Origin: an uncultured Hyphomicrobiales bacterium
Lineage (GTDB): Bacteria; Pseudomonadota; Alphaproteobacteria; Rhizobiales; Hyphomicrobiaceae
Reading direction: 5' to 3'
Assembly (NCBI GenBank): GCA_902826715.1
Contig: CADEFX010000001.1
Span: 1,972-65,971, forward strand
Length of the DNA: 64,000 nucleotides
In this document: positions 40,353 through 49,747 of the stretch, piece after piece
Layout of the letters: every line of letters starts with the position of its first letter
Numbering within the stretch: position 1 is the first letter of the stretch
Made by a program: the position numbers and the translations under genes
The notes under the pieces: generated by a model
Told to the model about the DNA's origin: nothing
Seen by the model: the letters and a program-made list of their open reading frames with translations, nothing else
The model's database searches: none

Positions 40353-42355
40353 GCATCGATACGATCACTCTGGAGATCCTGAAGAACCACGCGCGGGCAG
40401 CGGCCGAAAGCATGGCGTTCACGCTCTATCGGACCGCGCACGCGACCTTCGTCAAGGAAACGGAGGACTTCACGACCGGATTGACCACGCCGGCCGGCGA
40501 GACCTACGCGACGCCAATCGAGCTGGGCGCCACATGGTTCGTGGGGCTCAACTACGGACCGGTCATCCGCGCGATCCCGCATTACGACGAAGGCGATATC
40601 TGCATTACCAACGACCCCTACTCAGGGTTCGTGTGCACGCACTCGCCCGACATCCACATCTGGAAGCCGATTTTTCACGAGGGCGAGATCGTCAGCTTCT
40701 CGGTCGGTCATATCCATCACACGGACATGGGCGGCGCGGTGCCGGCGTCATTGTCCCGGTCCCTGACCGAGGTGCATCAGGAAGGCATCCGCATCCCGCC
40801 GACCAAGATCATGACCAAGGGCGTGGTCAACCAGCAGGTGCTCGACATCCTGATGGCCAACGTGCGCGCGCCGGAGCAGAGCTGGGGCGATCTGAAGGCG
40901 CAGATCGCGTCGTGCAACACGGGCGAGCGCAAGGTGCGCGAGATGATCGCCAAGTTCGGCGTCGCAACCTTCAAGCAGGGTATCGAGGATCTGCTCGGAT
41001 ACGCCGAGGCGCAGGCGCGTGCCATCGTGCGGCGCATTCCCGACGGCGCCTATCAGTTCGCCGATTACATGGATGAGGATGCGGTCGACGGCAAGCCGTG
41101 CCGGCTGAACCTCATGATGACGGTCAAGGACGGCAGCCTGCACTTCGATTTTACGGGCTCGGACCCGCAGCTTGAATCGTCGCTCAACATTCCGACCGGT
41201 GGCGACGAACGGCATACGCTGCTGTGCGTCGGGCTGGTGTATGCGCTGTATTCCTTGGACCCGACGCTGTTCCTCAACTCGGGGATCGCGCGCATCCTGT
41301 CCTCGACACTGCCCAAAGGGACGATGATCAATCCGCAATTCCCGGCGGCAGTCGGGATGCGCACACTGTCGGCCAAACGCCTGCAGGGCGTCATTCTCGG
41401 CGCGTTCGCGCGGGCGTTGCCGGGCGAGATGCCGGCGGCATCGGCGTCTGGCGGGCCGATCATGAACGTCAACACCACGGACAATCGCACGGGCCGGCGC
41501 CTGATGGCGGCGATCAACCCGATGGTTGGCGGTGCGGGCGGGCGGGCGATGGAGGATGGCGCGGACGGCTCGGGGGCCAACCAAGGCTTCCTCAAGAACA
41601 CGCCGGTGGAGATCAACGAGGCCGAGGTGCCGCTGCGGTTCGAACGGTATGGACTGGCCAAGGACTCAGGCGGGCCCGGCAAGCATCGGGGCGGGCTCGG
41701 GACGGAGATGAAGTTCGAGGTGTTTGCGCCCAACACGCGGGTGACGGCGCGCAACCGCGACCGCACGGTGTTCGCGGGATGGGGCATGCGCGGCGGCAGG
41801 GTGGGGGCCAACTCGGCGTTCTGGCTCAATCCCGGATCGAACCGCGCCTTTAACTTGAGGAATACCGATATCGTGAAGGTCGGCCCCGGCGACGTGGTGT
41901 ATGTGGCTTGTGGCGGGGCGAGCGGTTACGGCGATCCGCTAGAGCGCGACCCGCGCAAGGTCGCGCTGGATGTTCGGCGCGGGTATGTTTCGGCCGACAA
42001 GGCGCGCGAGGACTACGGCGTGGTGATTGTCGATGGTGCGGTGGATGCTGCCGCCACGGCGTCGCTGCGCAAGGAGCGAAAAGCGGAGAGCCAGAAGGGC
42101 GAACCTGCCATCTTCGACTACGGGGCCGCCCGCGATGCGCATGAGGCGATCTGGACCGAGAAGAGCTACGCGACACTGACCAAGCTGCTGGCGGCGCAGC
42201 CGGTGCATTGGCGCTTCTACCTGAAGCACCGCGTGTTCGATGCCATTGCGGCCCTGCCGGACGGCGAACGCAAGGGCGACGGCAGCGACGTGGCGCGGAT
42301 ATTCGCCAAGCTGATCGAGGAATTTCCGCAGCTCGCGGCGCAGGCGGCGGAGTAG
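40349..42355 (+). CDS. hyuB: hydantoinase B/oxoprolinase family protein (copy 1)
   Basis: MSIDTITLEILKNH start, ITNDPYSG, NTPVEINEAEVPLRFERYGLAKDSGGPGKHRGGLG. The ATG overlaps the hyuA stop (ATGA). Confidence 0.9.
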   Translation: MSIDTITLEILKNHARAAAESMAFTLYRTAHATFVKETEDFTTGLTTPAGETYATPIELGATWFVGLNYGPVIRAIPHYDEGDICITNDPYSGFVCTHSPDIHIWKPIFHEGEIVSFSVGHIHHTDMGGAVPASLSRSLTEVHQEGIRIPPTKIMTKGVVNQQVLDILMANVRAPEQSWGDLKAQIASCNTGERKVREMIAKFGVATFKQGIEDLLGYAEAQARAIVRRIPDGAYQFADYMDEDAVDGKPCRLNLMMTVKDGSLHFDFTGSDPQLESSLNIPTGGDERHTLLCVGLVYALYSLDPTLFLNSGIARILSSTLPKGTMINPQFPAAVGMRTLSAKRLQGVILGAFARALPGEMPAASASGGPIMNVNTTDNRTGRRLMAAINPMVGGAGGRAMEDGADGSGANQGFLKNTPVEINEAEVPLRFERYGLAKDSGGPGKHRGGLGTEMKFEVFAPNTRVTARNRDRTVFAGWGMRGGRVGANSAFWLNPGSNRAFNLRNTDIVKVGPGDVVYVACGGASGYGDPLERDPRKVALDVRRGYVSADKAREDYGVVIVDGAVDAAATASLRKERKAESQKGEPAIFDYGAARDAHEAIWTEKSYATLTKLLAAQPVHWRFYLKHRVFDAIAALPDGERKGDGSDVARIFAKLIEEFPQLAAQAAE

Positions 42356-42358
42356 CGC

Positions 42359-43135
42359 ATGGACATCGCCTTCGAAGGGCAGACGGTCGTCGTAACGGGC
42401 GTGGCGCGTGGCATCGGCCGTGCCATCGCGCGAGGCTTTGCCGAGCGCGGCGCGCATGTGCAAGCGCTGGACATTCTGGCGGACGGGTTGGCTGAATGTG
42501 CGCGTGATGTTGCGGCGGCGCGCGGCGGATCGGTGACGACGCATCAGGTCGATCTCGGTGATGCGCCGGCCGTGACTGCGACGATCCGCAATATCGAGGC
42601 GAAGGCGCGGGCTGGTGCGATCGATGTTCTGGTGCATGCCGCCGGCGGCATTCGCGGACGGACCAAGGCGCCGATCGAGAATGTCTCCGATGAAGACTGG
42701 CGCACCATCATGGATGCGAACGTGACGGCTGCGTTTCATCTGGCACGGGCAGTGGCGCCGGCCATGAAGGCCGCGGGCAAAGGGCGGTTCGTTGCCATTT
42801 CCTCGCAGGCGGGGCTGGGCGTCAGCCTGACCGGAATCCAGGCCTACGGCACGGCGAAGGCGGCGGAGATCGGTTTCGTCAAGCAGCTTGCAGCGGAGCT
42901 GGGAGCCTCCGGCATCACCGTCAACTCTGTGGCGCCGGGGTTCATGCCCACGAGCCCGGACTACGTGAAGCAGTGGGAAGGGTACAGCGCGGAGCGGCAG
43001 AAGCAGATCGTCGAGTCGATTGCGCTGCGGCGCATCGGCAAGCCGGAGGACATCGCGCATGCCGTGATGTTCCTGGCGTCGGACTATGCCGGATTTATCA
43101 CCGGGCAGACGCTGCTCGTCAGGGGAGGCCCCTAA
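42359..43135 (+). CDS. SDR family oxidoreductase
   Basis: VVVTGVARGIGRAIA, YGTAKAA catalytic motif; 258 aa. Confidence 0.88.
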   Translation: MDIAFEGQTVVVTGVARGIGRAIARGFAERGAHVQALDILADGLAECARDVAAARGGSVTTHQVDLGDAPAVTATIRNIEAKARAGAIDVLVHAAGGIRGRTKAPIENVSDEDWRTIMDANVTAAFHLARAVAPAMKAAGKGRFVAISSQAGLGVSLTGIQAYGTAKAAEIGFVKQLAAELGASGITVNSVAPGFMPTSPDYVKQWEGYSAERQKQIVESIALRRIGKPEDIAHAVMFLASDYAGFITGQTLLVRGGP

Positions 43136-43136
43136 G

Positions 43137-45209
43137 GTGGCAGGACAATCGCGAGAGGGTTTCGCCCTCGCGCTCGACGTGGGCGGCACCTTCACCGACG
43201 TGATCCTGGCCGACCGGCGCAGCGGGCAATTCACAGTGACGAAGTCGTCGTCGGTCCCGAGCGACCCCGCGAGCGGGTTCTTCGGTGGCGTCGATAAGAT
43301 CCTGGCGTTGGCGAAAGTGGCGCCGAAGAACGTGAGCGTGGTCCTGCACGGCTCGACGCTGGCGACCAACGCCATTCTGGAGGCGAAGGGCGCGCGCACA
43401 GGCCTCGTGACGACGCGCGGCTTCCGGCATGTGCTGGAGATCGGCCGGGCCGATATCCCGCGCAACGCCAACCTCTACGGCTGGGTCAAGCCGAAGCGGC
43501 CCGTGCCGCCGCGGCACGTGTTCGAGGCGAGCGAACGCGTGCTTGCGGACGGGACGGTGCATGTCGCGCTGGCGGAGGCGGAGCTGGCAGGGATCGCAAA
43601 GCAGATCCGCGACGAGGATTTGGCGGCGGTGGCCATCGTGTTCCTCAACAGCTTCGCCAATCCGGCGCACGAGCAGCGTGCTGCGGCTGTTCTGCGCGAC
43701 CTGCTGCCCGGCGTGGAGATCGCCGTCTCGAGCGACGTGCTGCCCATCTTCCGTGAGTACGAGCGTACGCTCGCCACGGTGATCAATGCCTCGGTGCAGC
43801 CTCTTGCCGGCAGATACGTCAAGCGTTTGTCGCAGGGGCTCGACGAGCGCAAGATCGTATCGCCGTTCTTCATCATGAAGTCGAACGGCGGTGTCTTTCC
43901 CCCTGCCGAGGCGTCGCGGCAGCCGGTGTATCTGGCCCTCTCAGGGCCGGCGGCGGGCGCACGGGGAGCGGCCCACATCGGCCGAATCGCCGGATACAAG
44001 GATCTCATCACCATCGACATGGGCGGCACCAGCGCCGACGTGGCGCTGATCCGCGACGGCGAGCCCGTCACGGCGACGTCCGGGCGCGTCGGCGAATTTC
44101 CCCTCGCACTGCCGATCGTCGATATCCATGCCATCGGCGCGGGTGGAGGTTCGATTGCTGCGGTGGGCCCGGAAGGTGCCTTGACGGTCGGACCGGAAAG
44201 CGCCGGCGCCGATCCGGGGCCTGCAGCCTATGGCAAGGGCGGGCGCCGCGCGACAGTGACGGATGCCAATCTCGTGCTCGGCCGCGTGCCGCCGCATTTG
44301 CTCGATGGAGAGATTGCGCTGCATCGCGTCGAGGCTGAGGCAGCGATCCTGCGGGACGTGGCGGCGCCGCTCGGCGTATCGCTGGAAGACGCGGCGCGCG
44401 GCATTGTCGAGATCGTCGACAACAATATGGTCGGTGCGCTGAAGGTCATGTCGGTGGAGCGGGGGCTCGCACCGTCCGACTTCACGCTGTGTGCCTTCGG
44501 CGGGGCCGGGCCGGTACACGGTAGCCGTCTGATGCGGCTCCTCGGGGCGCCGCGGCTGCTCATTCCCCGGCATCCCGGCATTCTCTGCGCCATGGGCTTG
44601 CTGGCGACGGATCTCAAGTACGACTTCGCGGTGACGCGGCTGCAGCGCGGCGGCCGCTACGACCTGGAGGCCATCGAGGCGACGCTGCGCGACCTGGAGC
44701 AGCAGGCGCACGCGCGGCTTGAGACAGATGGCGTGCCGCCGGAACGGCGGCAGATCATTCGCGCCGCGGATTTGCGTTACGCACATCAAGGCGTGGAAAT
44801 ATCGGTGCCCATCGGCGAGGGGCGCATGACGCAAGCCTCGGCGGATGATCTGGTCGACCGCTTCCACGAGCAGCATCAACAGCTCTACACGTTCGCGGAC
44901 CGCAAAACGCCGGTGGAACTGGTGAACCTGCGGGTCTATGCCAACGGGCTGATGGATCATGTGACGCTGCCGGAGATCGGGCGGGCGCCGGCGGGTGAAA
45001 AACCACCGGCGAGCGGCATGCGGCCGGCCGCGCCGGAAGGCTCGGCCATCGCCGAGGTGCCGGTGTACCGGCGCGAGCGATTGCTGGCCGGGCATGTCAT
45101 CATCGGGCCTGCCATCGTCGACCAGCTCGACTGCACGACGGTGGTCCTGTCGGGGCAGGTAGCGACGGTGGACCGGGTCGCCAATCTCACCATCGAGGAG
45201 GCGCGCTGA
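43137..45209 (+). CDS. hyuA: hydantoinase/oxoprolinase family protein, A subunit (copy 2)
   Basis: FALALDVGGTFTDV, IDMGGTSADV, AIGAGGGSIA. GTG at 43137, 1 nt after the SDR stop. Confidence 0.87.
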   Translation: MAGQSREGFALALDVGGTFTDVILADRRSGQFTVTKSSSVPSDPASGFFGGVDKILALAKVAPKNVSVVLHGSTLATNAILEAKGARTGLVTTRGFRHVLEIGRADIPRNANLYGWVKPKRPVPPRHVFEASERVLADGTVHVALAEAELAGIAKQIRDEDLAAVAIVFLNSFANPAHEQRAAAVLRDLLPGVEIAVSSDVLPIFREYERTLATVINASVQPLAGRYVKRLSQGLDERKIVSPFFIMKSNGGVFPPAEASRQPVYLALSGPAAGARGAAHIGRIAGYKDLITIDMGGTSADVALIRDGEPVTATSGRVGEFPLALPIVDIHAIGAGGGSIAAVGPEGALTVGPESAGADPGPAAYGKGGRRATVTDANLVLGRVPPHLLDGEIALHRVEAEAAILRDVAAPLGVSLEDAARGIVEIVDNNMVGALKVMSVERGLAPSDFTLCAFGGAGPVHGSRLMRLLGAPRLLIPRHPGILCAMGLLATDLKYDFAVTRLQRGGRYDLEAIEATLRDLEQQAHARLETDGVPPERRQIIRAADLRYAHQGVEISVPIGEGRMTQASADDLVDRFHEQHQQLYTFADRKTPVELVNLRVYANGLMDHVTLPEIGRAPAGEKPPASGMRPAAPEGSAIAEVPVYRRERLLAGHVIIGPAIVDQLDCTTVVLSGQVATVDRVANLTIEEAR

Positions 45210-47023
45210 TGCGAGGGGCCGCAGACATATCCTCTCCGGCGCAGGACCGGATTACGCTGGAGCTTGTGAAGGGCGCGCTCGGAGCGGCGCGTTCCGAGAT
45301 GGAGGCGCTGATCGCGCGGACATCGATGTCGCCATTCATTCGCGAGAAGAAGGATTTCTTCACGGCATTCCTCGACCGTGATGGCAATCTCGTGGTGTCG
45401 ACCGCTCTGACGCTGGCGGGCAATCTGGTGGCCGCGATCATCGAGCAGTATCCGCGCGAGGACATGCGCGACGGCGACCTGTACTGGTACAACGATGTGT
45501 ACGCCTCCAAGGGCGGCGTGAGCCAGGTCAACGACACGGTGTTCGTGATGCCCGTGTTCGACGGCGGCCGCCTCGTGGCGTTCGCGGAGGCCTGGGGCCA
45601 TTTGTGGGACGTGGGCGGCACGTATCCGGGCTCGGTCAGCCCGCACGCCACCAGCGTCTTTCACGAAGGCATCATGATCCCGCCGGTGCGCGTGATGCGC
45701 GACGGCGTCATCAACGACGAGGTGGTGCGCATCTACCAGCGCAATTCGCGCTTTCCCGAGATGATGAAGGGCGATCTCAATGCCATCATGGCGGCCTGCA
45801 AGCTCGGCAAGCAGCGGCTGCAGGAGACGATCGAGCGCTATGGCGGGGAGGCCGTCGAGGCGGCGTTCGCCGAGATGCTGCGGCGCAACGAGGCCGCGCT
45901 GCGCCGGCAGATCGAAACGCATGTGCCCGACGGGCAATGGCGATTTCGCGATTGGATCGATTCAGACGCTGCAACCGATAATGCGTATTACGTCGAGGCG
46001 CAGCTCCAGAAGAAGGCGGGCAAGCTGGCGATCGATCTGTCAGGGTCTTCAGACCAGGCGCTGGGGTCCATCAACTTCGTCATGGATGACAGCGTCATCG
46101 GCCACATCCTCGGCCTCTACATGACGCGCGACGATCCGAGCGTCGGCATGAATGCGGGTTTCACGCGTGCCATCGACACCATCGTCAAGAGGCCGGGCAG
46201 CATCGTGTGGCCGGATTTTCCGGCGGCTGTCGGATTGCGCTCGCACACCATGCTGCGCGTAACGACGGCATTGCAGGGTGCGTTGGCGCAGGCGACGGGC
46301 GGCAAGGCGTCCGGCGCGTCGGCGGTGTATGTGCTCTACTACCTGCGCAGCCTCGACAAGGAGACGCGGGCGCCGCTGCTGTGCGTGGACGGCCTGGCCG
46401 TGGGCTTCGGAGCGCGATCGACCGCCGACGGCATCGACGCGGTCTACTACGTGGCGCAGGAGAACTAGCCGGTCGATTTGGGCGAGATGGAGTTCGGCAT
46501 TCGCATCGAAAGCTTCGGCGTGCACCTGGACTCGGGTGGCCCCGGGCGCTGGCGCGGCGGCTGCGGGATCGTGCGCGATGTGCGCGTGCTCGTCGATGAA
46601 GCGACGCTGGGCGTGCGCATGGACAATTGCCGGTACCCGGCGTTCGGCGTCAACGGCGGCATGAGCGGCAGTGGCGGCGGCTTCATTCTCAATCCGGGAA
46701 CGCCGGAGGAGCGGCATTTGCCGACCATGAGCGACGGGCACAGGCTGAAGAAGGACGATCTGCTGCGTGTCATCACGCCAGGTGGCGGTGGCTGGGGATC
46801 ACCACTGGATCGGCCGGCGGAGGATGTGCTGGCGGATGTGCGCGACGGGTTCGTGTCGGCAGAGCGTGCGTTCGATGTCTACGGTGTGGTTCTGGGCGCT
46901 GATGGGCGCAGCGTCGATGCGGCGGCGACGACGGAGCGGCGCGCTGCGCTGCCGCGCAGCAGCAAGATGTTTCATCGCGGTACGTACTACGACGCGGTGG
47001 ACGATCTCGCGGCTCGCGGCTAG
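45209..47023 (+). pseudogene. hyuB: hydantoinase B/oxoprolinase family gene (copy 2) interrupted by an in-frame TAG at 46466-46468
   Basis: ORFs 45209-46468 and 46478-47023 are in the same frame. Together they align colinearly with copy 1 (copy 1 KN-T-PVEINEAEVPLRFERYGL...DSGGPGKHRGG versus copy 2 EN-*-PVDLGEMEFGIRIESFGV...DSGGPGRWRGG). The start overlaps the hyuA copy 2 stop (TGATG). Confidence 0.6.
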
Positions 47024-47218
47024 GCCACCGAGGCGACGTCACGCAGTTGTGGCCCTGGATCGGCGCTCGCGCTTGGCGAGCGTCATGGCGATACCTGGAT
47101 CGTGAGGCTCCGGTTCCGCGCGCGACGGGGGAGCCAAAGTCCGCGCGGCCGCCGGTCCGCTTCAATATGAGCCGGAAACGCTTTAGCGTGTGTTCGATAA
47201 CGTCGTTGGGGAAACGCC

Positions 47219-47986
47219 ATGATCACGCTGCCAACTCCGCCGAGCTTTCGTCTGGATGGAAAGCGCGCGCTCGTGACGGGGGCGGGGCGCGGCATCGGAT
47301 TGGCGGCGGCCGCGGCGCTGGCGGACGCGGGCGCACATGTGGTGCTGGCGGCGCGGACGCGGGACGAGATCGATGAGGCCGCTGAGGCGATCCGCGCCAA
47401 GGGCGGATCGGCGGAGGCGCTGCCACTCGATGTGACGAATCTCGATGCGGTGCAAAAAGCCATCGGCAAGCAGGCGCCGTTTCACGTCCTCTTTAACAAT
47501 GCGGGCGGCAACCGGCCGCAGCCGTTTCTGGCGTTCAAGATCGAAGATTTCGATTTCATCATGGATCTCAACGTGCGCGCCGCCTTCGTCACGGCCCAGG
47601 CGGTGGCCCGGCGCATGGTCGAGGCTAAAATCGCCGGCTCGCTCATTCACACGACATCGCAGATGGCTTTCACGACGGGACCGGGACGCACAGTGTATTG
47701 CGCGTCGAAGGCGGCGGTGGAGGCGTTTTCGCGCGGGATTGCCCTGGAGTTGGCGCCGCACGGCATCCGCTCCAACACCCTCGCGCCGACCTTCATCGAA
47801 ACGCCGATGTCCAAGTCGTTTCTGGAGGATAAGGCGCTCAAGGACTTCGTGATGGCCAAGATCAAGCTCGGCCGCATCGGGCAGGTCGAGGACCTGACGG
47901 GCGCGATCGTGTATCTGGCGTCAGATGCGTCGTCGCTGATGACCGGCACGCATATGCTGATTGATGGCGGGTGGACGCTGGGGTGA
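47219..47986 (+). CDS. SDR family oxidoreductase
   Basis: ALVTGAGRGIGLAAA, NNAG, YCASKAA; 255 aa. Confidence 0.88.
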   Translation: MITLPTPPSFRLDGKRALVTGAGRGIGLAAAAALADAGAHVVLAARTRDEIDEAAEAIRAKGGSAEALPLDVTNLDAVQKAIGKQAPFHVLFNNAGGNRPQPFLAFKIEDFDFIMDLNVRAAFVTAQAVARRMVEAKIAGSLIHTTSQMAFTTGPGRTVYCASKAAVEAFSRGIALELAPHGIRSNTLAPTFIETPMSKSFLEDKALKDFVMAKIKLGRIGQVEDLTGAIVYLASDASSLMTGTHMLIDGGWTLG

Positions 47987-49747
47987 CTACAGCGGTCGCT
48001 TGGCCGCTGCGGTCTGATAGCCGGGCGCTTCGTTGTCGTCGAGACCTGGATCATCGGGAGGGCGTGGCGACACGAACATGCGTGGCGTCTCGGTCATGGT
48101 ACGGGACAGCGTGCTCTTCACAAGCGGCGTGTCAGCGGTGGCGAATGCGGCTGTATGCGGCGCAGACGACGTGCTCGTCGTGCGCTCGATGCTGGCGCGA
48201 GCCTGAACGGGATTGGGCTTTCCCGTTTCGACGGACGTTGTGACCGCCGCATCGCTTTCAGCTCGGACTGGTGCCTTATGGGGTTGAACGGAGGCACCGC
48301 CATCGACCGAAACTTCTCGCTCTTTTGGTGGGACGATAACCGCCGCTTCCGACGCGTCCATGGCAGCGGTGACAGGCTTCGACTCGATGGCTGTCTCGGG
48401 CCGGGCGCCGAGCGCCACGAACTCCTCCAGCTTGGCGGCAAGCAAGGCTTGATCGCCCTTGTCGACCGATTCAACCGGGACCTTCCATTGGAAGGTGTCG
48501 AGCGCGCCGGTGACCGGTGAGATCGCGGCCCATTGTTCCGAAACGACACCGTCGGCGGTCCACGCCGGGTCGCGCGGAGCGTTGACGGCGCGCGCGAGCC
48601 ATTCACGCACACGGCCAGCATCGTTGTGCTCCTCGCCCTCGATGCGTGCCATCAGCGTGCAGACGCGCTGCGTGAGCTGGTTTTCAAGCAACGGCAGAAG
48701 GGCCTTGCGGGCCGCGTCCCAGTCGCGTGCGTCGATGGCGGCAGTGGCGACCGCAATCGGACCTTCGACCGAATGCGGTGTGGAGCGCGCGAGCCGCTGG
48801 ATGCGATCAAGACGGTCGCGTGGGCTGTCGCCAGGGCGGGCGAAGGCGTAGGCCATGGCCAGATCGGGATGCGGCGCGAGCTTCCATGTCTTCTCCAACG
48901 CCTTGGCCGCTTTGGCGGTGCTGCCGCGCGAGGCGAGGATGCGACCCGCGATGACCCCAGCCGGAATGAGATCAGGCGCGAGAGTGTGGGCTTCACTCGA
49001 AAGTGCCAACGCTTGGTCTATGCTGCTGTCCTCCAGCTCCTGCGCTTGCGCGGTCAGGAGCACTGCGCGCCGCCGGTCGGCGGTGCCGCGATCGACGTGG
49101 CTATGCTTGCGGGCAACGGCGAGCGTTTGCAGTGCACCGGGCCAGTTGGACGCCATGCACTGCAGTTCAAACAGGGCATGGGCGGGCCAGCCGAGCTTCG
49201 GGTTGAGCCTGAAGGCGCGCTCGGCGAACTGGCGCGCGGCGATGGGCTCGCGCGCCTGCTCGGCGGCGAGGAAAAGGCCGCGCAGGCCAAGTTGCTCGGT
49301 GTCGGGTGAGCCAAGCATGGCCTCGAAAATGCGGCGGGCGGTGGTGCGATCGCCGGCGAGCTGAGCCGCTTGTGCGCGCAGCAAATGTGTCAGCGGCTCG
49401 TTTGGCAGAGTCCTGCGCGCCTGGAGAGCGAAGCGCGTCGCCAGATCGCTGTCGCCGGCGCCGACGGCGATCATGCCGCCCGAGAGCGCGTCGAGGCCAC
49501 GCTTCTGGCGGCGCTGCGTGAAGAAGCGGCCAACGACGGCCGGACTTCTCCAGGCCTGGCGGAAGATCGCCCACGCCACGATGGCGAGACCCAGCAGCAG
49601 CGACAGCAGCACGACGGCGCGGAACAGGCTCGTTTGCACCTGGTAGCCTTGCCACGTGAGCAAAAGATCGCCCGGCCGGTCGGCGAGCCAGGCGAGCCCG
49701 GTCGCCAGGACGGCAACCCCTACGAGAAAAACGACAAGACGTAGCAT
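47987..49747 (-). CDS. hemY: HemY-like heme biosynthesis-associated TPR membrane protein
   Basis: HemY_N-type start (two transmembrane segments, LTWQGYQVQTSL, FFTQRRQKRGLDALSGGMIAVGAGD) followed by TPR-like helices. It is the last gene of the hemC-hemD cluster. Confidence 0.83.
   Translation of the reverse strand: MLRLVVFLVGVAVLATGLAWLADRPGDLLLTWQGYQVQTSLFRAVVLLSLLLGLAIVAWAIFRQAWRSPAVVGRFFTQRRQKRGLDALSGGMIAVGAGDSDLATRFALQARRTLPNEPLTHLLRAQAAQLAGDRTTARRIFEAMLGSPDTEQLGLRGLFLAAEQAREPIAARQFAERAFRLNPKLGWPAHALFELQCMASNWPGALQTLAVARKHSHVDRGTADRRRAVLLTAQAQELEDSSIDQALALSSEAHTLAPDLIPAGVIAGRILASRGSTAKAAKALEKTWKLAPHPDLAMAYAFARPGDSPRDRLDRIQRLARSTPHSVEGPIAVATAAIDARDWDAARKALLPLLENQLTQRVCTLMARIEGEEHNDAGRVREWLARAVNAPRDPAWTADGVVSEQWAAISPVTGALDTFQWKVPVESVDKGDQALLAAKLEEFVALGARPETAIESKPVTAAMDASEAAVIVPPKEREVSVDGGASVQPHKAPVRAESDAAVTTSVETGKPNPVQARASIERTTSTSSAPHTAAFATADTPLVKSTLSRTMTETPRMFVSPRPPDDPGLDDNEAPGYQTAAAKRPL

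Noticed and set aside
41939-43471. 510-aa minus-strand ORF
   Set aside because: It is antisense to hyuB, the SDR and hyuA copy 2. It would span three well-supported genes and has no domain-like sequence.
47062-47084. Stable GC hairpin (CGCTCGC-gcttg-GCGAGCG) after the hyuB copy 2 stop
   Set aside because: No U-tract follows it, and the downstream SDR appears to be co-oriented in the same operon. It could be an RNA-stability element, but it cannot be called a terminator.
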